DNA of 64,000 bases. Source: Patescibacteria group bacterium (lineage in GTDB: Bacteria; Patescibacteriota; Microgenomatia; PFEM01; JAHIFH01). Location: assembly GCA_035529375.1 (NCBI GenBank), contig DATKWU010000009.1:19092-83091 (forward strand). Direction: 5' to 3'. A model generated the notes under the pieces. The model had not been told where the DNA came from, made no database searches, and saw nothing but the letters and a program-made list of their open reading frames with translations. Made by a program: the position numbers and the translations under genes. Positions 1-9,743 of this stretch are shown here, in pieces (the stretch's first letter is position 1; the number at the start of each line of letters is the position of its first letter).

Positions 1-687
1 CGTTTTTCAGGAGTAAAAACTTATGTTGTATATAATGGGATTGACCGAAAAATTTTACCTTCAGATAATGAAATTAAGAAAAAAGAGAAAGAATTAATTG
101 AAGGTGTGGGAAAAAAATTAACTTCTGCGATCAAAATTGTCACAGTGATAAGCCTTAATGATGAGAGAAAACTTAAGGGACTTTTAAAAGCTAGGAGGCC
201 TATAGAAAAAATTTTGAAAAAATACAATTGTGTATATTTGATAGTCGCCTATGGAGCATTTTTAAACCAAGCCAAAAAGAAATACAGAGATTTAGAAAAA
301 GTTTATTTTTTTGAAAATCAGAGTAGAAATGAGGTTATGTCCATCTTATGCCTATCTGATATTTTTTATTATCCCACTTTGTTTGATTTGCATCCCAACA
401 CTCTCTTGGAGGCAGGGATTGCAGAGCTACCCGTCGTGACAAAAGCTACTGGTGGGATTCCGGAAATGATTCAGGACCGGAAAACAGGGCTGTTAGTTGA
501 CAATATTAGTCACCAATCCTACGATTATTTAGAGATATTAATTAAAGATCCTAAAAAAAGGAAGCAGCTGGGTAAAGAAAACAAAAAACTGATTTTGAGA
601 AAATTTAATTGGGATAATTTATTTAAAAAATATATTAGACTACTTGATAAATACCTTATTAACAATGTTTTTTCAAAAACCCCATAA
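1..687 (+). CDS. Glycosyltransferase family 4 (GT-B fold), C-terminal part; 5' end lies upstream of the window
   Basis: Frame 1 is open from nt 1 (RFSGVKTYVVYNGIDRKI...), the typical GT4 NGID region. C-terminal EAGIAELPVVTKATGGIPEMIQDRKTGLLVD is the classic GT4 nucleotide-sugar binding motif (E-x7-E region). Confidence 0.8.
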   Translation, partial: RFSGVKTYVVYNGIDRKILPSDNEIKKKEKELIEGVGKKLTSAIKIVTVISLNDERKLKGLLKARRPIEKILKKYNCVYLIVAYGAFLNQAKKKYRDLEKVYFFENQSRNEVMSILCLSDIFYYPTLFDLHPNTLLEAGIAELPVVTKATGGIPEMIQDRKTGLLVDNISHQSYDYLEILIKDPKKRKQLGKENKKLILRKFNWDNLFKKYIRLLDKYLINNVFSKTP

Positions 688-695
688 CTCTTAAT

Positions 696-1802
696 ATGCA
701 AAAAAACAATCGCTTAATTATTATAAGAAATGTATTTTTATTATTAACTGGATTGATTTACTTTATTCTTATACAATACAACAGTAGTTATAGTGAAGCT
801 CTCTTTTTTTTCATCTTTATTTTTGCGATTGGTTACTGTGCCAATTCTCTTCTTGAAATAAATACTAATTGGATGTTGGGAAACTTGATTTTAGCAATAA
901 TCATGAGCTTGAATCTCTCTGGTTTGATTAGTATCTATTCGAGTATGTTAGGCCATTTTAAGTATTCTCATTACTGGGGGGCTGGAGTTTATTTAATTCT
1001 CTCATCGGCTCTTTTTTTTGTTAAAGGAGACAGGAAAAAGTGGAAAAATAAACAAAATTACCTATCCAAAATAAGGGGAGAAATTATTCGTGATTTGTCA
1101 TACGCCCTAATTTGTTTAATAGCGTTTTTCATACTTTCGGCTAACATTTATTCAGAAAATAGATATCCTGCTTATGATCCGTGGACTGTCCATCCTGTTT
1201 CCCAAGAAATAATAAATGGGAATTTAAATTTTTTTGGCGAATTAAAGATTTGGGATCTTGATTTTTACAAAGGGTTCTATTTTACTCATGCATTCTATGC
1301 AAATAATTCCCCAATGCCTGTTCGTTACTGGGGCCTAATTTCTTTTTGCTTAATCTCTGGCTTATTTTATTTAATCTTTATAAATAATTATAATAATCTC
1401 TTAATTGGAATTTCAATTCTTTTTGCCTTGAGTAGTGGAAGAATTATATTTAGGTTTTCCATGCCCATTAGGGAAAACTTCGCTCTTGTCTTTTTGATTT
1501 TTTTTGTTTATTTATTGCATAAATTATTTAGAAAAAGAAGACAAAACATCTCAGCTTTATTGAAATTAATAATACCTCTAACATTATTGGGCTTTTCGCA
1601 TTCCTTCGCATCTGTATTCGTTTCACTTTTTATAATACTAAACATTTTTGAAGAGTTGTTAACTTTTTTTTCACTTCAGAAAAAAGAGGCTCTTTATCGC
1701 TCTATGCTTCTAGTCGGATCTCTCCTAATTGCAACAATTCTCTCCTATAAAGGTTTAGTTCTAATTTTAATAAAACTAATTTTAGGAGAAAGCTTTGTTT
1801 AA
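696..1802 (+). CDS. Polytopic integral membrane protein, function unknown (possibly O-antigen polymerase or ligase-like)
   Basis: 368-aa ORF almost entirely hydrophobic with about 10 predicted TM segments. It is tightly packed after the GT4 gene. No diagnostic motif recognised. Confidence 0.55.
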   Translation: MQKNNRLIIIRNVFLLLTGLIYFILIQYNSSYSEALFFFIFIFAIGYCANSLLEINTNWMLGNLILAIIMSLNLSGLISIYSSMLGHFKYSHYWGAGVYLILSSALFFVKGDRKKWKNKQNYLSKIRGEIIRDLSYALICLIAFFILSANIYSENRYPAYDPWTVHPVSQEIINGNLNFFGELKIWDLDFYKGFYFTHAFYANNSPMPVRYWGLISFCLISGLFYLIFINNYNNLLIGISILFALSSGRIIFRFSMPIRENFALVFLIFFVYLLHKLFRKRRQNISALLKLIIPLTLLGFSHSFASVFVSLFIILNIFEELLTFFSLQKKEALYRSMLLVGSLLIATILSYKGLVLILIKLILGESFV

Positions 1803-1820
1803 TTTAATTTCAGAAATAGT

Positions 1821-2726
1821 ATGAAAATAAAACTATGTCGTCAATTAGGTTGCAGCGCATTAAAATTTATGTATGCAATCCTTTTTGTTTTTTCTTCAGG
1901 ATTCATAACATACCATCAATTTATTATTTGGGAAAGGGGACTTAAGTATATAAATGCTAGTTTGTTTCTAATTTTTGTTATTAATATTTCGATAGTCATA
2001 CTTTCTATCTTCATCATTAAATTTAAAAGTTTTTTATTTGAAAATAAAATTATTATTTCATTTGCATTATCTACCTTTTTGACTTATAGCGGATACATAT
2101 ATTTGATAAACAGGGGGATAAGAGACGCTGCCTCGTTTCGTGGGATAGTCTATATTATTATCTCAACTTGCTTAGTCATTGTTTTAGTTTGGCAAAAAGT
2201 TTTAGAAAAATTTCTCGTGCTCAAGAAAAAAACATACATTTTAATTGTTATGGCGATTTCCATTAACTTAATTCCACAGGCAATACAAACCGCGCAAAAG
2301 CTTCGTATAGGACGAGGAGTTGCTATTTCACAAGCTGATGTTGACCTAATAAAAGAATTTAAAAATCGCTACAACGAAGATATTTATTTTATTTACAAAA
2401 GTGAAAAAAGCCTTATTAATTGTGCAGTCAAATATTATTTAATCGAACAGAGAAAAATGTTTGAGGAAGAAAATTTTACCAGTAACGAATTAGAGGAATT
2501 CTTTTTATCAAAATATAAAGAAAGAAACAAAAAAACATATTTTCTTTATGGAACTGAATATGGATTAGATCAGAATGGAACTGAATATGGATTAGATCAG
2601 AGGGTCCAAGAGGACCATCAAGTATTGGAGGAAACTTGCAAAAAGCTTGAATCCCATAACTGCAATTGCTTATTTGAAAAATTAGACAATTTTGCTTTAA
2701 TAACTATCGAAAATTGCATTGATTAA
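1821..2726 (+). CDS. Hypothetical membrane-anchored protein with internal tandem repeat
   Basis: 301-aa ORF. N-terminal half is hydrophobic (4-5 TM) and the C-terminal part is a charged soluble domain. Contains a perfect tandem peptide repeat GTEYGLDQ x2. Confidence 0.5.
   Translation: MKIKLCRQLGCSALKFMYAILFVFSSGFITYHQFIIWERGLKYINASLFLIFVINISIVILSIFIIKFKSFLFENKIIISFALSTFLTYSGYIYLINRGIRDAASFRGIVYIIISTCLVIVLVWQKVLEKFLVLKKKTYILIVMAISINLIPQAIQTAQKLRIGRGVAISQADVDLIKEFKNRYNEDIYFIYKSEKSLINCAVKYYLIEQRKMFEEENFTSNELEEFFLSKYKERNKKTYFLYGTEYGLDQNGTEYGLDQRVQEDHQVLEETCKKLESHNCNCLFEKLDNFALITIENCID
2550..2603 (+). repeat. 27-bp tandem direct repeat x2 (ggaactgaatatggattagatcag + 3 nt) inside the CDS 1821..2726
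   Basis: Direct reading: copy 1 at 2550-2573 and copy 2 at 2577-2600 are identical over 24 nt, with a period of 27 nt. The repeat is in-frame and encodes GTEYGLDQN/GTEYGLDQR. Confidence 0.9.
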
Positions 2727-3857
2727 TTTATGACGCTTTTTTCTAAGCGCCACGTTGCTAAATTTTTGTTCTGCCCTTTTTTGGGCTCTCTTTTCCATTT
2801 CGTGTATCTCTTTAGGATGAGAGATTGCGTATTTAATTTTTAAGGCAAGTGATCTGGAATCGCCTTTAGAAAAAATTAAACCCGTTTTTAAATCCTCAAC
2901 AAGGTATTCCACTCCGTCAAAGTTAGAAGAAATTACTAGAGCTCCAATTGCCATTGCTTCAATAATCACATTTGGCATAAATTCTGAATAAGATGGAAGA
3001 ACCAATACGTTTGACTTTCTTATAAGATCATAAACCTTTTCTTGTTCCTGATAGCCCCAAAACTTGATTTTTTTTAATTCTAATTTAGCAGCCATATTTT
3101 TAAGGTTATCCATCATTTCTCCATCCCCAATAATTTGACACTCCATCGAATAACCACGCTTTTGTAGGTAGGCAATAGATTCCAATAATATCTCTACTCC
3201 TTTTACTGGTTTCAGCCTGCCAACAAATATCAATTTAAAAGGCTCTTGATTTTTGGTTATTAACTTCTTTTTTGAATATTTATCAACGGCGGGACAAATA
3301 TTTGGTAATACATATAATTTTTTTGAATATTTTGGGAACTTTTTTAACAAAAGCGGAGAGGCGGTTATGACAAAGTCAGAATTTTTAATAACAAAGTTTT
3401 CTAACCTTCTAAAAATTTTTAGCAAAAGAGCTGGAAATTTCTTCTGATAGGTATCACTTCCTCCCGCAACCTTTATCACGCTTTTTTTCTTAAATAGCTT
3501 GCTTAGGATTATAACTTCAATTCCGTAGATCTCGTGTCCCCAAGGGTTAGTAATAATCTTGATTTTTGGATATTTTTTTAATACCAGAAGGGCTTTGATG
3601 AAAGAAGAAATCAAATAAAATATCGAATTAAAATACTTTCCGAATTGACCCTCAAAAAAAAATTGTTTAACCGAATGAATCAGGAGAAGTCCTGAACATC
3701 TTTTGAACAGCCTGCTTACGTTATCTGGTAGAACCATATGTAACCTATCAAAATAGTCAGAAAAAGATTCTATATAAAGTCCTAATTTCCTTTTATGTAA
3801 ATACTCTAAGCCGCTGTCTGCTTTAGTAGAGATTACTAGTACTTCACCCATAAACAA
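2697..3857 (-). CDS. Glycosyltransferase family 4 (GT-B)
   Basis: C-terminal motif VLPSYSEFMPNVIIEAMAIGALVISSNFDGVEYLVEDLKTGLIFSKGD is a canonical GT4 donor-binding signature. Length 386 aa. Confidence 0.85.
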   Translation of the reverse strand: MFMGEVLVISTKADSGLEYLHKRKLGLYIESFSDYFDRLHMVLPDNVSRLFKRCSGLLLIHSVKQFFFEGQFGKYFNSIFYLISSFIKALLVLKKYPKIKIITNPWGHEIYGIEVIILSKLFKKKSVIKVAGGSDTYQKKFPALLLKIFRRLENFVIKNSDFVITASPLLLKKFPKYSKKLYVLPNICPAVDKYSKKKLITKNQEPFKLIFVGRLKPVKGVEILLESIAYLQKRGYSMECQIIGDGEMMDNLKNMAAKLELKKIKFWGYQEQEKVYDLIRKSNVLVLPSYSEFMPNVIIEAMAIGALVISSNFDGVEYLVEDLKTGLIFSKGDSRSLALKIKYAISHPKEIHEMEKRAQKRAEQKFSNVALRKKRHKLINAIFDSY

Positions 3858-3862
3858 AAAAA

Positions 3863-4939
3863 TTAATTTTTAATTAGATTATGAAAAAGGCTGATATAGA
3901 TATCAGCTATATTAGCCCAACTGTATTTTTTTGCAGTCATTCTGGCTCTTTTTGCCATTTCTTCCCTTATCTCTGAGTGTCCCAATAATTTATCTATCAG
4001 TTGCGATAGCTGGCTTATATTCCCGTGTTCTACCACATAACCATTTTGACCATGCTTGATCATGAAGGACATTCCTACCTTATCGCTAACAATTGTGCTG
4101 GTTTCACTAGCCATTGCTTCAAGTGCAACTAGACCAAAAGACTCATATCTGCTAGGAAGAACAAACACATCCGTTCTTCTATAGGCGGATCTAAGCATTT
4201 TTTGATTAAATGGACCAGTAAAATATACTTTTTTTGAGAAATTATTTTCTGAAACCCAACTTTTTAGTTTTCTATCTTGGTCTTTAGGAGGGCCAATTAT
4301 ATAAAGTTTCCAGTTTTTAGTTTTAACTTTTTTTAAGGCCTTAAGTAGAAATAATAGATTTTTTACCTTTTTAGTACCACCAACGAAACTTATAACCTTT
4401 ACACCCCGACAATCATACTTATCAGAAAAAAGCTTTTTAGTAATCTCGTCATTCAAGAAAATATTCCCCACACCATGGGGGATAATATCTATTTTTTTTG
4501 GAGAAATGTTGTAATGGCTTGAGATGCTTAACTTCATAGATAAAGAAATTGTCACTATTTTGTCGGCAGTTTTTAAAATAAATCGCTCAATTATCTCTTT
4601 CCAAAATGGGTGACCTTCTCCCATTTGTCTTTCCAGAAAAATTAAACCATGGACAGTAACCTGAATCTTCTTGCGTCTTAAAAGCCCTACTATGGAAGAA
4701 AATAATATTGCAGGACTAAATCCGTGTAGTGAAAAAATATCTGCGTCAGAGTGAAAAGCTTCAAAAACAAAAAGAATCTTTTTTAAATATTTATTATAAT
4801 TTTTAAATTTTCTTGCAGGAATTGAAAGCTCTATTCCTTTATCCTCCCAGCTCTGTGTGAGGTTATAAATTACTCTCATCGGTCCTGTAAAAACTTGGTC
4901 TTTACTTTTGGGATATTGACCAATTATCATGACCTTCAT
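3863..4939 (-). CDS. Glycosyltransferase family 4 (GT-B)
   Basis: VFVLPSRYESFGLVALEAMASETSTIVSDKVGMSFMIKHGQNGYVVEH is the GT4 E-x7-E motif region. 358 aa. Has a 4-nt overlap with the downstream gene. Confidence 0.85.
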   Translation of the reverse strand: MKVMIIGQYPKSKDQVFTGPMRVIYNLTQSWEDKGIELSIPARKFKNYNKYLKKILFVFEAFHSDADIFSLHGFSPAILFSSIVGLLRRKKIQVTVHGLIFLERQMGEGHPFWKEIIERFILKTADKIVTISLSMKLSISSHYNISPKKIDIIPHGVGNIFLNDEITKKLFSDKYDCRGVKVISFVGGTKKVKNLLFLLKALKKVKTKNWKLYIIGPPKDQDRKLKSWVSENNFSKKVYFTGPFNQKMLRSAYRRTDVFVLPSRYESFGLVALEAMASETSTIVSDKVGMSFMIKHGQNGYVVEHGNISQLSQLIDKLLGHSEIREEMAKRARMTAKKYSWANIADIYISLFHNLIKN

Positions 4940-6480
4940 TTTCTTGATTTTTGTATGATTATGCTGAATAAATTGTAATTCTTCCCTAACCAGTTATTGA
5001 GCACGGCTGAGATATAAGACTTTTCAGCCCTGTATTTTTCTACTTTTATCTTCAGCTTTCTTCCCTTTAGAAAAGCCGTGAGGCTCTTGTAAATACCCTC
5101 TTTAGCATGAAAATCTGCCATTGTGTAATCTATTTGTCTTATTTCTTTGACTAGAGGGAAAACTCTGATTTTATAAATTAACCTGCCCACTAAAGATATT
5201 ATCCTTGTTAATAAAGAATCAGGGCTATTCTTCCCAAGGGGTTCGTGAGTTATATATATCACTCCCCCGTTTTTTAATTTATCTAGTGATTTTTCCAAGA
5301 CAGTACGGTAATCAGGCAAATGGTGCAAAACAGAACTAAAAGAAATAATGTCATACTTTTCAAAAGTGTCTTTTAGGAAGCTTTCTATGTCTTGATTTAT
5401 CATTTTTAAAAACTTATTTTTATCTGTCTTTTTTTTAAGCAGGGCTAACATTTTTTTTGATAAATCGAGGGCAGTAACATAACAGCCCTTTTTTAAGAAT
5501 TTTAAAGTTAGATTGCCAGTTCCACAGCCAACATCAAGAACAGACGGTTGATTAACCGAGACACTTTTTAAAATCAAATCTATATCTTTAATAACTCTCT
5601 TTTGTTCATATTTATTGAAAATCTCGGAGTGAATGAAATCATAGATTTCGGCTTCTTTTTCGTGAACCTTAATATTCTCTTTTAAAATTTTCTCACGCAG
5701 GCCAATTTTTTCTTTCTGGGCTGATACAGCCAGAGAATAACCATATCTAGATAATTTTGAATTTATCCTTGGTTCTATCTGACCGGTAGTTCTAACAAGA
5801 AGTTCTTTACAAAAATTAGGCAAAAGATAAGTCCACTGTCCCGGTATAAAACAGATGCCTTTTTTCTGTTTAACTTCAAAACCACTTTTCTTGAGAACCG
5901 ATACTACTTCGCCTTGCGTCTTCCAAACATCATAAGGATGTTTTTTTCCCACTTTTACTCCAAAAAAACCTAGTGATTTCCTAACAACTCCAAAAATATT
6001 CCTTGTTAAGCCATACATGCTTATTTTATTAGGGGTAGTAATAACAAACAGCCCATTCTTTTTTAAAACCCTTCTCATTTCTCTAATTGCCTTTCTCCAA
6101 TCAGGCATATGTTCTATTGTCTCGCTGCAGGAAACTTTATTAAAAGTGTTAGCTTTAAATGGAAGTTTGGTTGCGTCACCAGCGATAAACTCGACATTCT
6201 TCAAATTTTCCTTCTTGGCTTTTGCTTTAGCTGCTTTTATCATCCCCTCTGAAATATCAATCCCCACACACTTAGCTCCTTTTATAGAAAAAAGCTCAAT
6301 ATCTCTAGCATTACCACAACCAACATCTAAAATCAGCTCACCTTTGGAAGGATTAAGTAACTCCATCACTACCTTTTGCCTCATTTCTTGTTCATATTTC
6401 AGAATAGGATCACTTCTAATTCGAGTGTCTCTGCCGACGCTCATCTTGTCAAAAAAGTTTTTTATTACTCTCTCTTTCAT
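4936..6480 (-). CDS. Fusion of two class I SAM-dependent methyltransferase domains
   Basis: Domain 1 carries LDVGCGNARDIELF...VGIDISEGMIKAA...FNKVSCSETIEHMPD...LKKNGLFVITTPN (motifs I, II, post-II). Domain 2 carries VLDVGCGTGNLTLKFLKKGCYVTALDLSKKML...FSSVLHHLPD...LKNGGVIYITHEP. Both are Rossmann MTase signatures. Confidence 0.8.
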   Translation of the reverse strand: MKERVIKNFFDKMSVGRDTRIRSDPILKYEQEMRQKVVMELLNPSKGELILDVGCGNARDIELFSIKGAKCVGIDISEGMIKAAKAKAKKENLKNVEFIAGDATKLPFKANTFNKVSCSETIEHMPDWRKAIREMRRVLKKNGLFVITTPNKISMYGLTRNIFGVVRKSLGFFGVKVGKKHPYDVWKTQGEVVSVLKKSGFEVKQKKGICFIPGQWTYLLPNFCKELLVRTTGQIEPRINSKLSRYGYSLAVSAQKEKIGLREKILKENIKVHEKEAEIYDFIHSEIFNKYEQKRVIKDIDLILKSVSVNQPSVLDVGCGTGNLTLKFLKKGCYVTALDLSKKMLALLKKKTDKNKFLKMINQDIESFLKDTFEKYDIISFSSVLHHLPDYRTVLEKSLDKLKNGGVIYITHEPLGKNSPDSLLTRIISLVGRLIYKIRVFPLVKEIRQIDYTMADFHAKEGIYKSLTAFLKGRKLKIKVEKYRAEKSYISAVLNNWLGKNYNLFSIIIQKSRK

Positions 6481-6555
6481 GGATGTCGTCTTTTTATTAT
6501 AACAGGTTGCTTTTTTATTATGTCTCTTTTATCATAATTAAAGGTGTAGAAGCCA

Positions 6556-8118
6556 ATGAAAAATAACCAAAATCCCAAAACGAATCATGGCGTCCCCATA
6601 ACAAACTACCAGGAGCTTGCGGTAATTGCTAAGGAAAGTACCATCTCTTTCTCAGGAAATATTTTGGGAAGAGGAATGGGGCTTATTATCACCTTACTTC
6701 TGGCTCGATTATTTGGCGCCACCCTTTTTGGTATTTATAGCCTGGGGCAGGTGATATTTAATTTTAGCGCTACCATAGCCTGTTTTGGCTTAAGTTACGG
6801 AGCGATAAGATTTGTTTCTACGAATCTGGCTAAAAAGGACCAAGCACGAGTAAAAGGCGCCCTGTTTGAGGTTTCGGTGATTCCGTTAGTTTTAGGAACT
6901 TTTATCGCCCTCATTCTTTACCTTGGCGCAGAAAAGATTGCCCTCCTTTATGGCAAGCCAGAGCTTTTTCGGCCCCTAAGATTATTCGCTTTTGGGGTTC
7001 CTTTTTTCTCTTTATTTCAAGCTTTAAGTAGCGCCACCAGGGGTTTTAAAACAACCAAATACACAGTTTTAGGCGAAAAAATAATTACTCCTTTCCTCAA
7101 TATTTGTTTGATTATTCTTTTTTATTACTTTGGCCTTAAAATATTTGGCATGATTGGAGCATATATTATGTCAATCATCTTCGGGGCTTTGTTTTTTCTC
7201 TCCTCCCTTAAAAAGCTCTTTCCTAAGATAGTTATGGGTGAACTGAAGCCAAAATTTAGGACAAGAAAAATCCTGAAAACCTCTATCCCCTTAACTTTAT
7301 CCTCTACTCTCTTCTTTTTGGTTGCCTGGACAGATATTTTTATGGTGGGATATTTTTTGCCTACAGTAGAGGTAGGTGTATACAGACTGACAACCTTACT
7401 TTCTTCTCAGGTAATAGTTTTTCTTTTAGCCATAAATGCCATTTTCACTCCATTTATTTCAGAATATCATCAAGGGAAGAAGATAAAAGAACTAGAAAGC
7501 TTATATAAGGTTGTCACCCGCTGGGCTTTTTATTTTGCTTCTTTAGTTTTTCTTATTATTGCTATCGCTCCAAGAGAATTACTGCAAGTTTTTGGTGAAA
7601 ACTATATTTTGGGAAAAAATAGCATGATAACTCTTGCGGCGGGCCACTTGATAAGTGCGGGGGTGGGATCGGTGGGGTTTATCTTGATTATGACTGGTTA
7701 TCAAAACTGGGAATTGATCAATTCGCTAATCTTATTTATATTGACTCTGGCTACAAACATTATCCTCATTCCCCGTTTTGGTATTATCGGCGCTGCTATT
7801 GCCACTGCTTTTTCAATTGGTCTTATTAATATCGTTCGTCTCATAGAAGTTTATAAGACCTTAAAAATTCAGCCCTTTAATCTAAAATACTTTGAAGGAA
7901 TATTGGCAGGAGTAGTAACTTTTTTATTGGTTTCGGGTTTGAAAAATTATTTATTTACCAATTTCCACTATCTTGTCAGCCTCATGTTATCTCTATTATT
8001 TGTCCTAACAACATTTTCCCTACTTCTGCTGATTTTCGGTTTGGAGAAAGAAGACAGAGTTATATTAAATAAAATAAAACACAAGCTATGGCAAGGAAAA
8101 TTTTGGTCATTGGTTTAG
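6556..8118 (+). CDS. Wzx-like oligosaccharide flippase (polysaccharide biosynthesis protein, MOP superfamily)
   Basis: 520 aa with about 14 TM helices and the typical PST-family N-terminus (KESTISFSGNILGRGMGLIITLLLARLFGATLFGIYSLGQ). Confidence 0.75.
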   Translation: MKNNQNPKTNHGVPITNYQELAVIAKESTISFSGNILGRGMGLIITLLLARLFGATLFGIYSLGQVIFNFSATIACFGLSYGAIRFVSTNLAKKDQARVKGALFEVSVIPLVLGTFIALILYLGAEKIALLYGKPELFRPLRLFAFGVPFFSLFQALSSATRGFKTTKYTVLGEKIITPFLNICLIILFYYFGLKIFGMIGAYIMSIIFGALFFLSSLKKLFPKIVMGELKPKFRTRKILKTSIPLTLSSTLFFLVAWTDIFMVGYFLPTVEVGVYRLTTLLSSQVIVFLLAINAIFTPFISEYHQGKKIKELESLYKVVTRWAFYFASLVFLIIAIAPRELLQVFGENYILGKNSMITLAAGHLISAGVGSVGFILIMTGYQNWELINSLILFILTLATNIILIPRFGIIGAAIATAFSIGLINIVRLIEVYKTLKIQPFNLKYFEGILAGVVTFLLVSGLKNYLFTNFHYLVSLMLSLLFVLTTFSLLLLIFGLEKEDRVILNKIKHKLWQGKFWSLV

Positions 8119-9743
8119 ACGGAATGCCTGAAAGCCTAATTAAAAAATTAGGCAAACAGGGTATTATCCCTAATTTGTATCGCCTCTATAAAAAGGGCGT
8201 GTTTGGTAGTTTGGAAAGCACTATGCCCCCTATCACCGCTCCTGCTTGGGTATCTTTCGCTACGGGGGTTAATCCTGGAAAACATGGTTGTTTCAATTTT
8301 CTCAAATTATCTAAAGGTTCACTCAGCGTTAATAGGGCTATCACTTCTCGAGATATTAAATCTCCAACCCTTTACGAGATTCTTAATCTTCAAGGAAAAA
8401 AATCTATTCTAATCAACCTTCCAGTTTCTTTTCCTCCTATAACCAATGACATAATTTTAACCAGCATAATGTCTCGAGGAGAAAACTTTATTTTTCCCCA
8501 GTCGCTAAAAAAGGAAATGCCCATTTTAAAAAAATATCGAGTTAGTCCAAATCCTGAGATTGCTGCTTATGGAAGCAGAGAAAAGTTTGCTACCGAGGTG
8601 AGAAGAATCGAAAAAATTAGGTTTGACTGTGCTAAGCAATTATTTCAGAAGAAGGAATGGGATTTTTTCTTTTTATTAATCAGTAGTCCTGATTGGATTC
8701 AGCACAAATGTTTCGATAGGCTTGTTTCGGGTAAAATTTCTAAAAATTCAGAGTCTTGTAATATCTATCAAGACATTGACAAATCTCTTGGTTGGTTTTT
8801 AGAGAATATCAAAGACGACACCTCTTTAATTATTATTTCCGACCACGGTTTTAAAGTCTATGAAGGCTTCTTTTATGTTAACGCCTGGCTCCATAAAGAG
8901 GGTTTGCTTCAACTTCAAAAAGTGCGCGAAGATTTTGTCGAGACTCCAATCAGCCGATTAGCCGAGGAAAAGAGTTTGGCTAAGAAAAAGAAGAAAAGAA
9001 TTAAAATCGAAAGGTTATATAATTTTTTAGTCCGCCACCCATTCCTGTTTCGCAAAATCACCCCCTCATATCGTTACATAAAATCATTATTGCCTTTTTA
9101 CTTTGACCTCTCGGCTACCCAGAGACCGGATATTCCCTCTTCCAAAGCAGTATCCATTTCTATTGGGGCTAACGACATATACTTTCATGATAAAAACCGT
9201 TTTTCCGATGGACTATTAAGCGCTGATGCATATAGAAGGTTGTTGAAGGAAGTAAAAACAGAGCTTAGTCAATTAAAATCTCCGCTATCTCGAGAGAAAC
9301 TGTTCAAAAAGGTTTTTGCTAAAGATGAAATCTATTCCGGCGACTATACCTCATTTGCTCCCGATTTATTGTTGGAAGAAAAATCTTTTAAAACCAGCAA
9401 AGAGACAAGGCCAGCAATATTCTCTATTCAAATAGTTAATAGTCACTCTCCAGATGGAATCTTTATCGGCTACGGTTCCGAGTTTGTGAAAGGCAAAAGA
9501 ATTAAAAATCTCAAAATTTTTGACATCGCTCCTTTAATTCTCCATCTATTAGATATTCCCATTCCTAAAAACATGGATGGCCGGATTAGAAGGGAGCTCT
9601 TTGATAAAGACAGCTTCATGGCTAAACGGGCCATTAAAACTCAAAGCTATAGAATTAAAAAAACATTCCCCAAAAAATATAAAGAGGGAAAGGAGGATAC
9701 AGAAGAGGTTAAAAGACGTCTAAAGACGCTTGGATATTTCTAG
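8088..9743 (+). CDS. Alkaline phosphatase superfamily protein (type I phosphodiesterase / nucleotide pyrophosphatase-like, PF01663-type)
   Basis: N-terminus ILVIGLDGMPESL...IPNLYRL...MPPITAPAWVSFATGVNPGKHG matches the metal-ligand/nucleophile region of the NPP/AP family. 551 aa. Tandem paralog of the next gene. Confidence 0.7.
   Translation: MARKILVIGLDGMPESLIKKLGKQGIIPNLYRLYKKGVFGSLESTMPPITAPAWVSFATGVNPGKHGCFNFLKLSKGSLSVNRAITSRDIKSPTLYEILNLQGKKSILINLPVSFPPITNDIILTSIMSRGENFIFPQSLKKEMPILKKYRVSPNPEIAAYGSREKFATEVRRIEKIRFDCAKQLFQKKEWDFFFLLISSPDWIQHKCFDRLVSGKISKNSESCNIYQDIDKSLGWFLENIKDDTSLIIISDHGFKVYEGFFYVNAWLHKEGLLQLQKVREDFVETPISRLAEEKSLAKKKKKRIKIERLYNFLVRHPFLFRKITPSYRYIKSLLPFYFDLSATQRPDIPSSKAVSISIGANDIYFHDKNRFSDGLLSADAYRRLLKEVKTELSQLKSPLSREKLFKKVFAKDEIYSGDYTSFAPDLLLEEKSFKTSKETRPAIFSIQIVNSHSPDGIFIGYGSEFVKGKRIKNLKIFDIAPLILHLLDIPIPKNMDGRIRRELFDKDSFMAKRAIKTQSYRIKKTFPKKYKEGKEDTEEVKRRLKTLGYF

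Noticed and set aside
21-227. 68-aa minus-strand ORF at the window start
   Set aside because: Antisense to the clearly GT4-homologous plus-strand frame that is open from nt 1.
6017-6502. 161-aa ORF on the plus strand
   Set aside because: Lies entirely antisense within the well-supported dual methyltransferase gene 4936..6480. Its composition is consistent with a shadow ORF of the AT-rich coding strand.
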